A stretch of DNA of 64,000 nt from Stegostoma tigrinum (GCF_030684315.1 NC_081367.1:62249414-62313413), one strand, 5' to 3'. Positions 24,114-37,350 are shown, counted from the stretch's first letter. Program-made: numbers and translations. Notes: a model not told the origin generated them from the sequence alone.

Positions 24114-25749
24114 TTTTAGCACTTTTGCTTTTTACTTATTCCTATATACTACACTAGTGTCCTTAGACTCAACACCCACTTCAGTGTCCTGACCTTCGCG
24201 CGGGGGATCTCCCCTCTTAACAACCGGTCTAAGGCAGGGTGGTTGAGACAGACACTGCAACTGTCCTATGCCTCTGTCTGAGCACCTTTTCCACTTTATT
24301 AACCGCCCCCCGAGCTTACTTTACCAATTTTACCTGGCCTGGAGACTCTAACTCCGGCCACCGGAGGACTCTAACCTCCCGGATTTTTCAGTTACCTGAC
24401 CTGCGGACTCTAAAACCGGCCACCGGGGGACTCTAACCTCCAGGCGTTAGGATTCAGTAGTGTTCAAGACTGTGAGTCGTCTCGTGGTTCCATCAGTACA
24501 GAGCCACACAGGGACGAGCGGCCACACGGGTGGCAGGTTAGTGAGAGGACCAAGGTGAATCGCATCTTGCGGGCCCGTACGCCTCACTCCACCAAAGCTC
24601 GAACTTATTTATTCAGTCCTCCACGTAAGATTGCTGTACATGCTGGAACCCATATTTCCTTTGTAGGTGTTGAGCCGATGGCTCAACATTTCCTTCATTT
24701 GGAATCAATTCCAATTGAAAGAAATCGCAAAATGGTGAACTGAAACTGCATTTAAAGGTTTTTTTGTTGGGAAATTCCAACCGCAGTGACTCTTGTTGAT
24801 AAAAGACGTTTTGGCTTCAGGCCTGTTCACTCTGTTAACACCTGTATGAGTGGATCATCAGCCAGCCTGAAACAGTGGGAGAAATTCGGCTTAGTCAGTT
24901 CATTCAAGGCTGGCGACATTGTTTTAGGAGGAATTTTCAGCCTGCATTCAAACGTAGAATATGGGGATCTGTCATTTTCAACCGAACCCGAAGCGGTATT
25001 GTGTAAAACGTTAGTTGGATTTCGCACGGAACAAAACCTCCAAAAATATTAACGTGATGTTGTGTTTTGTATGGCGGGTGCATATTTGAGCCTCTTTGCA
25101 TACGGAATTATACCTCAAATTGCAGTGAAGATAAAGTTGTCCTTCAGCTGTGAAGACCATTCAGCAAATATGGATTTGAGGAGTTGCAGGAGACGTGTTT
25201 TTTTTTCTGGTGCGCCGGCACGATAACGTTTTCTGTTGCTTTTGACGCTTTCGCGTTGATAACTTGATTTTGAACTACTTTAGAATTCAATTAATCGTAC
25301 CGCCGCATCTATCTAAATCATTTAATTTGTCATATACCAATGTCATTTCTTTCACGTTCTGCTGCCGTTGTATTTTTTTTAAATTAAGGTTTGATTTCAG
25401 AGAATTTCGCTTTGTGCAGGCTATCATGTTAGCAATTGAAAAAATAAACGGAAACCCTATACTGCTCCCGTGCTTAACACTGGGTTCCCAGACTTATGAT
25501 TCTTTTGGCACGCTGTCCTTGTCTACGAAAGCATCCTGAGACATTGTGATTCGGCGAAGGGATGTCGTTTCACAGGATAACTGTTGAAATGTGAATGCTG
25601 TTGCTGCGGATTCTGGATCCTCACAGTCAACGGCAGTTTCAAGGCTATTACTCCCATGGTAAGTAAATGTCGTCAAATATAACGACAGCACATCATCGCG
25701 AAATTGCTGTAACATTGTGTCGTGGAGTTTTTTTTAGCCGCAGACAACG

Positions 25750-26540
25750 ATATATTTCAGTACCTCGTGACCTCACCTGTTATCAAACATCCATCTATTA
25801 CAATCCCATTTTTCAACTTGACTTGTAGACTTGCATGGTTTGGCTTTTCAAGTGCCTTTCTGAATAACGCTGAAATGTCTCAAGAGTTCCGGCCTGTACC
25901 ACCGTCTTAGGCATTGAGTTCGTGATCCCAGAAAATAAACTCCTCAAATTCTCTCTAACGCTCCTGCTCCTGACCTTAAAACTAACCCCCTGGTTAGTGA
26001 ATCCTTCTCTGAGGTGAAAGTTTCTGCCGACTTATACTTCCTGTGCCCCTCAGAACTTTGCACACCTTAACCAAGTCCTTCCTCAGCCTTTTCTGCTCTT
26101 TGGGAAACGACCCTATCCTATCTCAGAGGGAGTAAGAACTGCCGATGCTGGAGTCTGAGATAACACAGCGTGGAGCTGGAGGAACACGGCAAGCCAGGCA
26201 GCATCAGAGGAGCAGGAAAGCTGATGTGTCGGGTCGGGACCCATTTCTCTTCAGAAGGGTCCCGACCCGAAACGTCAGCTTTCCTGCTCCTCTGCCGCTG
26301 CCTGGCTTGTTGTGTTCCTCCAGCTCCACACTGTGTTATCCCTATCCGATCTAATCTCGTTTCTTAGCTGTCTCACTCCTGTGCAGTAGTCATTCTGGTG
26401 AGTCTCTTCTGCACCCGCTCTAATGCAAGTGCATCCTTGTTATATTACGGTGAGCAAAACTATTCACAATACTTCTGCTGCGATGTATCATTATGTACAA
26501 CTCGATCGTAACTTCTTTTATTTTTGTTTTCTATTCCTTG
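25750..26540 (-). mobile_element. CR1 3' fragment carrying a palindromic Penelope insert (~26125-26339); both shared with unit 2 (51240-52010)
   Basis: TSD-like ccctatcctatct / ccctatccgatct; arms meet at ~26250. Confidence 0.75.
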
Positions 26541-27099
26541 ATTTAAAAACTGTAATGAGGTTGACTACATTGATCTAACTTTCATCTCACTTGAGATTCA
26601 CAGTAAAATCACCTCAACTAAACAGTGAAAATGAGAAACGAAAGGCGACTAGATCACAGCAAAGAATGGAAGTTTCACATTACGATTTCATTCATTCACT
26701 TGTCAATGTTATGGTATATAAAATCAAATGAAAACTTACATCAATTACACTTCGTTAACATTAACCGTTGGCAATCGACCTGGTATTTGAAATCGATGTT
26801 TTTTTTGAATACATAAGGCAGATATATATATTTTACGGATCTAGAAATACTTCATTGATCACATGTCTCATTAATATTGTGTAAGGAATTTTTGAGATAG
26901 CATTCGGCGGTAGCTATGAAATATTCACAACAATTGCTTCCAAATTTTGTTTGTACTATTTCTTTCTAGGGTCCATTTGATATTCAGAAGCATCTTAGTG
27001 TATATTTGCAGTTTATTATTAATTGTTAGTGGTTTGGTTACCTTTAATCTTTTTCATAAATCAACAAGTTTTTCCGAATTGCTGTAAGATCGCCTCAAT

Positions 27100-27215
27100 T
27101 ATAGATTAGATTACTTACAGTGTGGAAACAGGCCCTTTGGCCCAACAAGTCCACACTGCTCCTTGAAGCATCCCACCCAGACCCATTCCCCCGTAACCCA
27201 CACACCCCTGAACCC
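27100..27215 (-). mobile_element. SINE/CR1 3' tail fragment
   Basis: tagattagatt...cagtgtggaaacaggcccttt, same family as 53180-53495. Confidence 0.7.
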
Positions 27216-30200
27216 TATGAGAATGTTCCAAATATATTCCATGTAACACAGAAAATGAACACCTTTGAAAAGTTGTTTCTCTTTTGTAGTTCGTGCTATT
27301 TCATTTGTTTCCTCTTAAAGCTTTTGCAGTATTTGAAAACGGTCAATTCCACTGCGAAGATTGCAGAAACTGTGCGCTTCAAAGAAATTGAGGATCCCGG
27401 AGCAAAGGACGGCATTGTAAACTGGCAAAGTGCTGAGTCTGCTGGTGATATAGTTATGGTCAGATATTTTGATGGATCTGCGCCTCCAGGCGAGAAATTC
27501 CCCTTGTCGAAGAAGCAGTTGTTTGGAGTGAGAGGCGAAGGGAGGTAGTCTAAAAAATTATTGTTTGATATCTTTCTTTTTTTTCTTCTTTCAAATCAGA
27601 TTAACTACTTCTCAATAAATTACTATTGATGAGGCAGGGAAGTCTATGCAAATATAGCCCTTTGGCCAATTCATCCTCATGGATGCCCTGTTATAACGGC
27701 TATCCTGTGAGGAAAGGCCAGAATGGAATAAGACAACAGCAATAACTATGAGGGGCCTGATTAAAACGCTTCTGCTAGTAATGCAGAACCTTGAACTACT
27801 CATCTTGAGATTAGTTCAAATGCACTATGGCTGTTGGCAAACTTAAACTGAGTTAACCAGAAACCAGCTCCTTAGGGGGGAACCATGCTGCCTGGCGTGA
27901 CTCCAGATTGACAGAAATGTGTTTGAGTCATAGCGACTCTATGAAATGGCCGAGATCGCCATTTAGTTGCCACCACTAACTTCGCAAAGATAAATTAGAC
28001 AAACTGTCATTGCCAGCAATGCCTATATGTTGTGAATGAATAAAGACCAATGAATTGTTTAAGTTCCCACAAGAATCCTCCAAATATAGGTCAAACAAAT
28101 CAAAATATTGTTGAAGTGTTGGAATTCTAAAATAAACCCATGAAATGCTGGAGACTTTGGACAGACCTGCTGGCGTCTCTGGGAGCAGAAATTCAGTTGA
28201 TAAGATTTTATTTTCAGAAGAAACGTATATTCTTGTCTCTCCTTCCACAGAATCTGCCAGGCATGCTGGATTTTTTCAGTATTTTCTATGTTTGTTTACG
28301 ATTGATGTCAACTGGTAATTCCTTATGTCCATTGGGATGTCATTAAACCACCTTTTCCACGTTTTCGCCTTTTCCAGCCACCCTTTATGGTTAGTACAGC
28401 ACAAACCTTGATGAAACTTCGATCCCACATTCAATTGTGACTTTTCTGACATTAGTCTGTGCTTCTCAACTCGACACCTAGTGTTGGATCTTGCAAGACT
28501 CTAAACATTTATTCATCTCATTTACATAAGGCAATTTCCTATGAAAGTTGTACTGCTGGAACAAGGAAAGCTGCCAGAAAAGGACAAGCTATTTGCTGCT
28601 TTGATTGTGCGGAGTGTGCTGAAGGTGAGATCCGTAATATTACAGGTATGTAAGCATGTAAACACGTACATATTTAACTATTCATACCTTTTTTACCAAT
28701 TTATATAATTTTAATTTCTAGAAGAAACGTTATTTCATGTACTTTTACTTTGAAAAAATAGATTCCTGAACATGTGTACAATGTCCTTTGGATTATTGGC
28801 CAAATGAACAGCAAGACGAATGCATACTGAAAATAACAGATTTTTTCTCCTTTGAGAAGATCATGGGAATTGTTTTGGTGACACTGGCATTAGCTGGAAC
28901 CAGCTTCGCAGTAAGTGTAATCACAATTTTCCGCATGCACATCGACACACCCCTTGGTAACGTCAACAATGCAGAATTAAGCTTTCTGCTTCTTTTTGCT
29001 TTAGTGTTATACTTTCTCCGCTCAGTGATGTTCACTGGAAAACTTTCGGACTGGTTTGGCATGCTACGTCATGTAGTATTTGGTATTACTTTTGTCCTCT
29101 GTGTTTCTTGTGTTTTGAGCAAAACCGTGGTTGTAATAATGGCCTTTAATGCAACCCTCCCTAATAATAACATGATGAAGTGGTTTGGGCCAGTACAATA
29201 ATAACTGGCCATTTTCATCCTTATATTTGTACAACGTCTAATATGCACGGCCTGGCTAATTGCACCACCACCCTATTCTTTGAAAAATGTTAATTATTTT
29301 AAAGATATTATTATCTTAGAATGTGATGTTGGGTCTGTGAAAGCCTTTTCCTTGGTTCTTGGTTACATTGGGTTTTTGTCCTGTGTTTGTTTTGTGGGTT
29401 TATTTTTGTAATTCGCAGATTGTCAAACAATGTCAAAGAGGCCAAATTTATTACTTTTAGCATGTTTATATTCTGTGCAGTTTGGATAATATTATACCTT
29501 CTGATGTGAGTTCTCCTGGCAAACACATGGTGGCTGGAGAAGCTTTTGACATTCTGGCATCCAGCTTCGGCCTACTTGTCTACATTTTTGATCCTAAATG
29601 TTTCATTATCCTGTTAAAACCGGAAAAGAATACAAAGAAATATTTGATGCAAGAAGTCACTTGATATAAAAGATGCTCCTCATTTTCCCTTGATTTAGCA
29701 CCTTTGTAGCACTATATCAGCTCAACTAAAGATCTTAAATTGAACGAGATTGTTCAGCAATTGCTGCCTAATAACCAATTCACTGCTTCCGGTCACCGTT
29801 ACTTATCACCATTGGACACTGGCATTCAAAGGTGATACTTTTTTGTTGCATCCAGGAGGCAAGTCAGGCCTGGGTTGATTCCTGTCAGTGACATATTATT
29901 CACAAAGCCATTGCATAGCAGTAACATTGAACAGCTTTCTTCACCTGTGTGCAGATGTTTGAAACCTTTTGCCCTTCTAAGTAATTCTAAATAATGCCGG
30001 CAGATTTCAAACCCAGAAGTGGTGGCCTTTGGCGCAGTTGCGATATGAACAATGATTTGAAACAAATTAACATTGACGCATACGAGGTCAGGTGAAGGGA
30101 GATGACACTATTTTCATCGCGAGCAAATGTAAGTTCTGAATCCCACGGGGGTGGGGGGCGGAATCTAGTTTCAATTGTTCTGCTGGAAGGCTACTTCAAA

Positions 30201-30587
30201 GGATCCATAGACCTGCACATTTCGGGATTGCGGGAGGGATTCCATGCAATCTTGGGCAAATGTACAAACTCCGCACAAGTAGTGGCCCAAAGCTGAAATC
30301 GAAGCCGAGGACCTCGACGGTGTGAGGCAGCAGCGCGGAGTATTGTGCCGCCTCAATTGGATTAAGGGTACACAGGTGAATACGTTTGCAATTATTTCCT
30401 TCATGATTCTCATGATGCCGAAAGTGATGATGTGTTTTCTTAAGGGGGTCGCCTAGTAATTTGTTGACGTTCAACAGGGATTGAAATTGATTTAGCAACA
30501 TAAAGGCGACTCTAAAGGGAATGGCTAGGTCTTATATAGAAAAATCACTCGACTGTAGTTCAAAGACAAATCCTTACTCAGCCAAAG

Positions 30588-30802
30588 ATGCATTATTGGT
30601 TCCTATTCGTTTTGAATTTTGCTGTTGACCAGGCATGGCCCAGTAATGAGCAGGCTTGCAAACTTCGGGGTAGGTTTGATTTACTGGGCCTGTCGAAGAA
30701 TGGAGATATTATTTTGGGTGGAATTTTTGATGTGCACACTTATCAAGTTGAGCATCGGCAACTCTCGTTCAGCAGTCACCCAGAGGCGGCAAAATGCGTC
30801 AG
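30588..30802 (+). CDS. V2R gene B exon 1
   Basis: MHYWFLFVLNFAVDQAW...KNGDIILGGIFDVH; donor AG|GTCAGT; 215 nt. Confidence 0.9.
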
Positions 30803-31351
30803 GTCAGTGGGTGCATTGAGACAGTTATCTGCCCTCATGCTGCTTCACATTTGGAATTGATTTAAGAATTTAAGAATTTTGTTTTTTTTTAATCGTTAAA
30901 CTTATTTTTGTGGTCTGTCCCAAAGTGCTTGACAATCAGTCATGTACTTTTGCTATTTAGTCATTTTTTCACGATTCTTAATACGGCAAAGCATGTAGCC
31001 CAAGCTCCCACAATCAGTCTTGTAATCAAAACTTAGAAACCTCTTCTAGCGTGAGTGACAATTCTTGGTGAAGGCATTGTGAAAGTTCTCGTGTTCTTCG
31101 AAATACTTATTTTGGATCGTGGAAGGAAGGTCGGGAATCCCCTACACGTCGTATTTGAAACTAAGCGCATTGCCAAGTCTTTGTTTAATGTCAGTTAAGA
31201 TTTTGCACTCAGGGTCTGCGTTGGAGCATACATCCATCAATTCCCCGTTCAGAGACTGAATTATAGCTAATGATATGGTCCCCTTGGATATAACTGCCAT
31301 AGTTGTTTCCTATGTTCTCATTTAAATCTTGTCCCCTTGTCTTCTCTGCAG

Positions 31352-31643
31352 TTTTCAGTTCCGTCCATTCCGTTGGGCACTGGCGATGATTTTTGCAATT
31401 GAGGAAATAAATAACGATACGGCTCTGCTACCCGGTGTCACTCTGGGATACCGCATTTACGATTCTTGTAAATTGACCCAGTTATCGCTAAAAGCAGCAA
31501 TGGCGTTTCTGAACAAACCGGAAGCAAACCCGCCCTCTGATAACTGCAAAAGCTCCTCCACTGTTTCTGCGATTGTCGCTGATTCCGGATCCACGAGGTC
31601 TTTAGCAATAGCACCTTCTATGGGTACCTTCAGTATCCCAATG
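31352..31643 (+). CDS. V2R gene B exon 2
   Basis: Acceptor ctctgcag; FQFRPFRWALAMIFAIEEINN...IPM; donor GTAAGA; 292 nt. Confidence 0.93.
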
Positions 31644-34123
31644 GTAAGATAGGCGTTGAATAACTCGGTGAGACAATATGAGTAAATTTGGATCAAAAGT
31701 ATGCGATACGGTGTCATATGCGTCAGTTAAACCAGCATCTACGTTATTTTTTTGTAATGTCTGTTGTTGATCTAGAGAGAGATGAAACTCCCCTTCGGAA
31801 TGTTCACTCAGGATTGTAAGATGGTCCAGTATAATTACTGCTGATTACTCCTTGGTTCTGTATAGCTATAGCTTTATAACGAGGTGTTTTATTCCTCTTT
31901 CTCTGAGGTACTTCTTCGAAAGTCTCATTTCAGTAATCTGATGATAAACAGAAGTAAAGTATGGGCACGAAAACGTTCTAAAGTTATTGCAAAATTTGGC
32001 AGTCTTAGTTCATTTTTTATTGTTTTCTGAGATGCGTGATGTTCTGGCAAAGCATATTCATTTCCAGTCATCAGTTACCCTTGAGCTGAATGCTTCCTAG
32101 ATCATCTGAGAAGCAGGTTGAGAGTGAATCACTCAGATTCTGATTTACAGCATCCACAGATCTTTCATTTTTTGAGTGAATCGCATAACGTGGAACAAAG
32201 GCAGAAACTGCCGTAAAGTCTCAGCAGGGAGGGTGGGGCATGTGAACAGAAATCAGAGTTAACGTTTTGGGTCCAGTGGCCTTTATTCAGAATATTACGT
32301 GGAATCACATGCCGGACAGATATCCGAGAACAAGATGGGAACTTTTGCTTTAGTGCGATCATAACTTGATGGGTCACCGTTGTTGGGGCTTTCTTTGTAT
32401 TCCGAAAGTGTCTTCTTGAATTTAATCGCCATTGGTTGCCATGGTGACAGGCAGATGGCACACGCACACTGCACCTTCACCCTTCGTTCGTACGAAGACA
32501 TCCGAAATAATTAAACTAATTACTTTATCAGAGTTTTACGCAATTTTAATCAACCAGCCTATTGGTGCTATCACACTCTGGTCAAGATAAGATGTCATCT
32601 GGTCCACAGGTCAGGATGCTACCACTGCACCACAAGAGCTCTAAGTTCCGAGGGAGGGTCACGGGACCCGAAACATTAACTCTGAATTATTTCTTTTTAC
32701 TTCACAGATACTGCCAGACCTGCTGGCCTTTACCAGCAACTTCTGTTAGTTCAAGATCTCTGCAGCATTTTCCTTTTGTACGCCTGTTGTCAAACTGTTG
32801 ATGTATTCTTGTCATGAACAATGTTAACTAAATTTACGAGTGTTAAATCCAGCCATGACGGACCTTACTTAAGTGTCATATCGCTAGCTTTTCAAAATTT
32901 TGTCTGTTACGTCATGTGTCTGTCTCGTGTTTAAACTGAGGCCTTAACCCTTTGCTTTTGAAACAGCTCTTTGCCGTAATGAACCCAGTGGAAAGGGATT
33001 TTTTAAATTTATTTAACCACGTGCTGTCGATTTTGAGGCGCAATTTAAAACAAAAAAAGAACTGATAGCGGTTAAAATATTGGAGATGTCAAGCACATCT
33101 GTGAAGACAGAAGCTGTAGCTTCAAAAATGAGCCAATGTCATGCTAGACTACACAAGACAACTTTTCGTCCGGTCAGGCAGGAAAAAAAAAATTCTACGA
33201 GAGGCAAAACTGAGAACAAATAACTTGCACACTTTTAAATACTCTTGTGTTATCAACTCTACTAAAAAGGTCAAGGGGTAAAGTGAAACCCCAGAACCAC
33301 TGTTTCTTGAAATTTTGAAATTAGGGATTTGTAACATTTGAAACGGAAGCAACATAGCATATAAATGTAATGTGTACAAAACTACCCAGCAGCGTGCCTA
33401 ACGATAAACAGAATGCTCAACTACACAAAGCAAACTTTACTTTAGAAGTTGAAATAATTTTAAAGTAAACTAAATGTTTCGATATCTGCTTACTGGGATA
33501 TGCGTAATTCATGCCTGAGTGACAGTGATCTTAACTTTCCTGAGAGAAGCTGGATGAAATTCTTTAAGGTTCTACCTGGCAACCTTGATTTTAAAATAAT
33601 TGAAAATTTAACAAAATGTATAAGGTGTTGGTTGGGGAGTAATTTTGAACTTCGGCAATGGTGTACAACAGGTCATGTAGAATTAGGCACATATCCTACG
33701 CATTGCTTTTCTTTTGCCTCCATTGACCTAAATATGAAGGCACAAATGATGAGATCAACAGTAGATCCTCTTTGCATTATTGTACACAGTTAGAATTCTC
33801 CTCAGGTAACTCGCCAGTGTGAGGGAGCAAGAGACTGTTCGGAGAAGTCCGTGTCAAATTGCGACGGTTGCACAGTGTGTGTGCTGCAAGTTAAGCCAAT
33901 CTGGATCAAGAAGTACAATGCTTGGGATGAACTTGGAGCAAATATTTGAATGGGACGTTCAGAATTTATTCATTTAGCAGTATATTATGCGTTTGAGAAG
34001 GGCCACTCCTGTAAATACGACACGAGCTGGAATCTTTGCACTTCTCCACGAATAGTTTTGACTTGATATCATGAACAACCACTGATCATAATTGAAACAA
34101 TTTTTTTGTTCTTTTTGTGACAG

Positions 34124-34957
34124 GTTAGTTACTTTGCAACGTGTGCGTGCCTGAGCAATAGAAAGGAATATCCGTCATTTTTTCGAACGATACCGAGTGA
34201 TTACTATCAGGCTAAAGCATTAGCACAGCTCGTGAAACATTTCGGATGGACCTGGATTGGGACAGTTAAGAGCGATGATGACTATGGGAATTTTGGAATG
34301 CAAGCATTTGAAGAGGCAGTCCAACAATTGGGAGTTTGTATAGCCTTTTCCGAATCATTTCATATAACACACGCTCGAGAGAAGTTACTGAAAACCATTG
34401 ACACCATAAAAACCTCTTCTACAAATGTTGTAGTCGCCTTTGTGGGAGAATCAAACATGCGCACTCTACTAAAAGAAATGTTTAGACAAAACGTCAGCGG
34501 CATACAATGGATTGGAACCGAATCATGGGTTTCCACGTTGCTTCTTCCTCCGAAGGAAAGTAAAAAGATTGCATCTGGTGCAATTGGGGTTGCAATTCCC
34601 AAAGTCGGTTTACCAGGGCTGAGGGAATTCCTCTTGAAAGTTCATCCATCTGTGTATCCAGGCAACCTCTTGGTAAAAATGTTTTGGGAAAGTTGTTTCC
34701 GCTGCACTCTAAGTGGTAGAAACAAAACAGACCCTCAAAAAACTGATTCAGATCTTAAGGAATGCACTGGAAGCGAAAATTTGCAGAATGTCCAAAATGA
34801 ATTTACAGATGAGTTCCAATACAGAGTCACTTACAACGTGTACAAAGCAACTTATGCTATAGCTCATGCACTTCACAATATGGCGTCATGTAAAACTGGT
34901 GAAGGCCCTTTCCCCAATGGGAGCTGTGCAAATGTTTCAAATTTTCAACCATGGCAG
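34124..34957 (+). CDS. V2R gene B exon 3
   Basis: Acceptor gtgacag; [11 protein letters not shown]...FQPWQ; donor GTGAGG; 834 nt. Confidence 0.95.
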
Positions 34958-35070
34958 GTGAGGAACATTTAACACAGATTGACTGCTGTATTTACAGCAA
35001 TATCTAAAGTGGTCGAAGTCATGTTTGAATATTTGCAATTAATATAAACGTATTCTGACTTTTTTTTAAG

Positions 35071-35298
35071 TTACTATATTACATGAGAACAATGAATTTC
35101 ACAACCAAGATTGGCGAAAAGATTTATTTTGACGAAAATGGAGATCCTGTCGCAACATATGATATTGTAAACTGGCAACCGAATGCCCTCGGTGACATTA
35201 ATGTTGTAAATGTTGGGCACTATGATGGGTCAGCTCGATCTGGAGTAGAATTTTCGATAACAGAAGGGGCAATTGTTTGGCATGGAGGTCAGAAGTCG
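35071..35298 (+). CDS. V2R gene B exon 4
   Basis: Acceptor ttttaag; [10 protein letters not shown]...GGQKS; donor GTAAGA; 228 nt. Confidence 0.93.
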
Positions 35299-36260
35299 GT
35301 AAGATTTGTGGAGACCTATCTCTTTTTAAAAGCTGCCCGGCTTTTAGTTTTTATTTCCTTTCTCTGAAACGGAAAAGCGAACTCGTGGTTGTTGTATCAA
35401 ATAGCTCCGTCTGTGATGTTGCCCATCTCCTGATGTGGAGTAAAATTGCCACTTATTAAACATTTTGAAATGGAAAAGTTCTGCTCACCAATTGAAAGTC
35501 GCTTAGCTTGATTAACCAAGAATATAAAACCTGAGGGATAGTTTATTTCTAAGCATTTTAACAGCAAAATGTATTTGCACATACAGATGGAATTAATAAC
35601 TACAAAAAGTCTGAGTGCAGCTCAAGAGCAAGTTACATATGTAACGTCATCTTAAATGAACAGATGAATGCATGAAGAAAGGACCAAATCTAAACATACT
35701 GAAAAGTGTTTGCAGAGGTTTTAAAGTGTAAATTCAGGAAACGGTGGATCCATTAGTTTGATGTCAAGGGACATTATGGTTCATATCCACCTTGATCGCA
35801 AACACACTTGTGCTATACAAGTACTAAGCAATTACTACGTTCAGGAAGGGATGATCTGATCATCTCCTTATTTCCCCATGATTTTCAATAGCATCAGCAT
35901 CACTGAATCCCAAAGCAACTTCCCAGGAAATACCTTTTACAAGAAACTTAACTGGACGAATCATACAAGTTATGTGGCAAGAGCAGCAGATCAGATGTTA
36001 GGAAACGTGCAATAGGTAACTCACATCAGCACTGTCCAAAGCATAACCATCACCTATGATAGAATCCTCACACTTGCCTGAATGGGTGTAGTTCCAATAG
36101 CTCTGAAGATACTTTTCACCATCTAGGAAAACGTAGCTCATCTGATTGGTACTGCATCCACAAACATTCGCTTCCTCGACCACAGATGTTCAGTAGCAGC
36201 ACTTAAAAGTTATACTGCAGCCATTCAGCAATGCACCTTGGGCAGCATCCTCCAGACATA

Positions 36261-36703
36261 CAATAAAATGTGAGGCTGGATGAACACAGCAGGCTCACAT
36301 TTTACTATCTTGGATTCTCCAGCATCTGCAGTTCCCATTGTCACTGATACAATTTTAACCTCACTGCGAAGCCTCTTCCAGGGATGCCTAACCTGAAGAA
36401 GTTACCCTCCTCCCTCCGGACCAACTTCAGGGAATCACTCTCCCACTGCAACTCTCTTGTAATCTCTTCAGCCTTGAAACTGCTCGACCATGCCCTGAAG
36501 CTTCTTTTCTCTCCATCTTCGGTCCGCCTCCCCCTCTCTCCCTATTTATTCCAGAACCCTCACCCCATTCCCCTCTCTGATGAAGGGTCTAGGCCCGAAA
36601 CGTCAGCTTCTGTGCTCCTGAGATGCTGCTGGGCCTGCTGTGTTCACCCAGCCTCATATTTTATTAAATTGGATTCTCCAGCATCTGCAGTTCCCATTAT
36701 CAC
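36261..36703 (+). mobile_element. Rearranged Penelope-like element in gene B intron 4 with a 13-bp TSD
   Basis: TSD TCCTCCAGACATA at 36248-36260 and 36704-36716; pLTR tail, extra segment, then a second pLTR. Confidence 0.85.
36577..36606 (+). ncRNA. Minimal type I hammerhead ribozyme motif, sense strand of gene B intron 4
   Basis: CTGATGAAGGGTCTAGGCCCGAAACGTCAG. Confidence 0.7.
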
Positions 36704-37350
36704 TCCTCCAGACATATGCTCGTTTCCATCTGGAAGAACACTGGCATCAAATCCATGGGAACATCATCACATGCAACCACCGCCCCACCCCCCCCCCACG
36801 CCCCCAGCAGCCACGCACCACTTCGACTTCAAAATGTGTGACAGTACCTGACTTATAATAATACGGTCCTATCTATAGCAAATGAATCTCAGCAGTTCAG
36901 GCAGGCAGGTCAAAGACAACTAGGGAAGCAAAAATTGTTGGGTTGACCAGCAATGAACCCGTCATGTTAATAAATTCAGAAAAAAAGACATTTTTTATTT
37001 CTGAATCTGATTTTCATTTTTGCCATTAAACAGTAGGAGTGCAAATTATATCCAATATTATTTCGTTGCTTCCCTTTTTTTCAATAATTAATGAAGCTAC
37101 TCCAACGACGCGACATGAATGTTATTGCAAAAATATACTGGTTCGGTAACATCAAAACTATTCCAAACACTTTGCATCAGCTATAAACTTGGACATTACG
37201 AGGTCATAAACCGAAATAATGTTTCAAAAAGGACAGTCTGATCAAAGCTGACAGAAATAGATTTTGTACTGTACACCAGACATAATGTTGTACGTTTGCC
37301 AAACGGAACAGCTAATATTTCTCCGCTTTTGTATTCATTTTAATAATGAG

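Larger units (their letters stand above)
20398..24600 (-). mobile_element. Defective class I (gamma/epsilon-like) endogenous retrovirus: leader-gag-(pol deleted, IN C-tail)-env-PPT-LTR; 5' LTR missing
   Basis: Order of recognisable parts on the minus strand; AALKVKGQNRWIHLRDCK at ~22455-22515 resembles the retroviral integrase C-terminal motif. Confidence 0.8.
24786..29664 (+). pseudogene. V2R/OlfC pseudogene C (different subfamily from A/B)
   Basis: Exon 1-like ~24786-25009 (GDIVLGGIFSLH); exon 2 25389-25658 with in-frame TGA at 25537; exon 3 absent; exon 4 ~27321-27545; exon 5 ~28530-28645 ([12 protein letters not shown]); exon 6 ~28762-29664 with TAA at 29199 and frameshifts. Confidence 0.88.

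Noticed and set aside
25659-27320. Exon 3 loss as a single event shared by pseudogenes C and D
   Set aside because: Breakpoints differ between the copies; only the exon 6 stop codon is clearly shared
33035-33664. ~630-bp segment in gene B intron 2 that is absent in gene A
   Set aside because: No TSD, termini or coding signal; probably a simple indel
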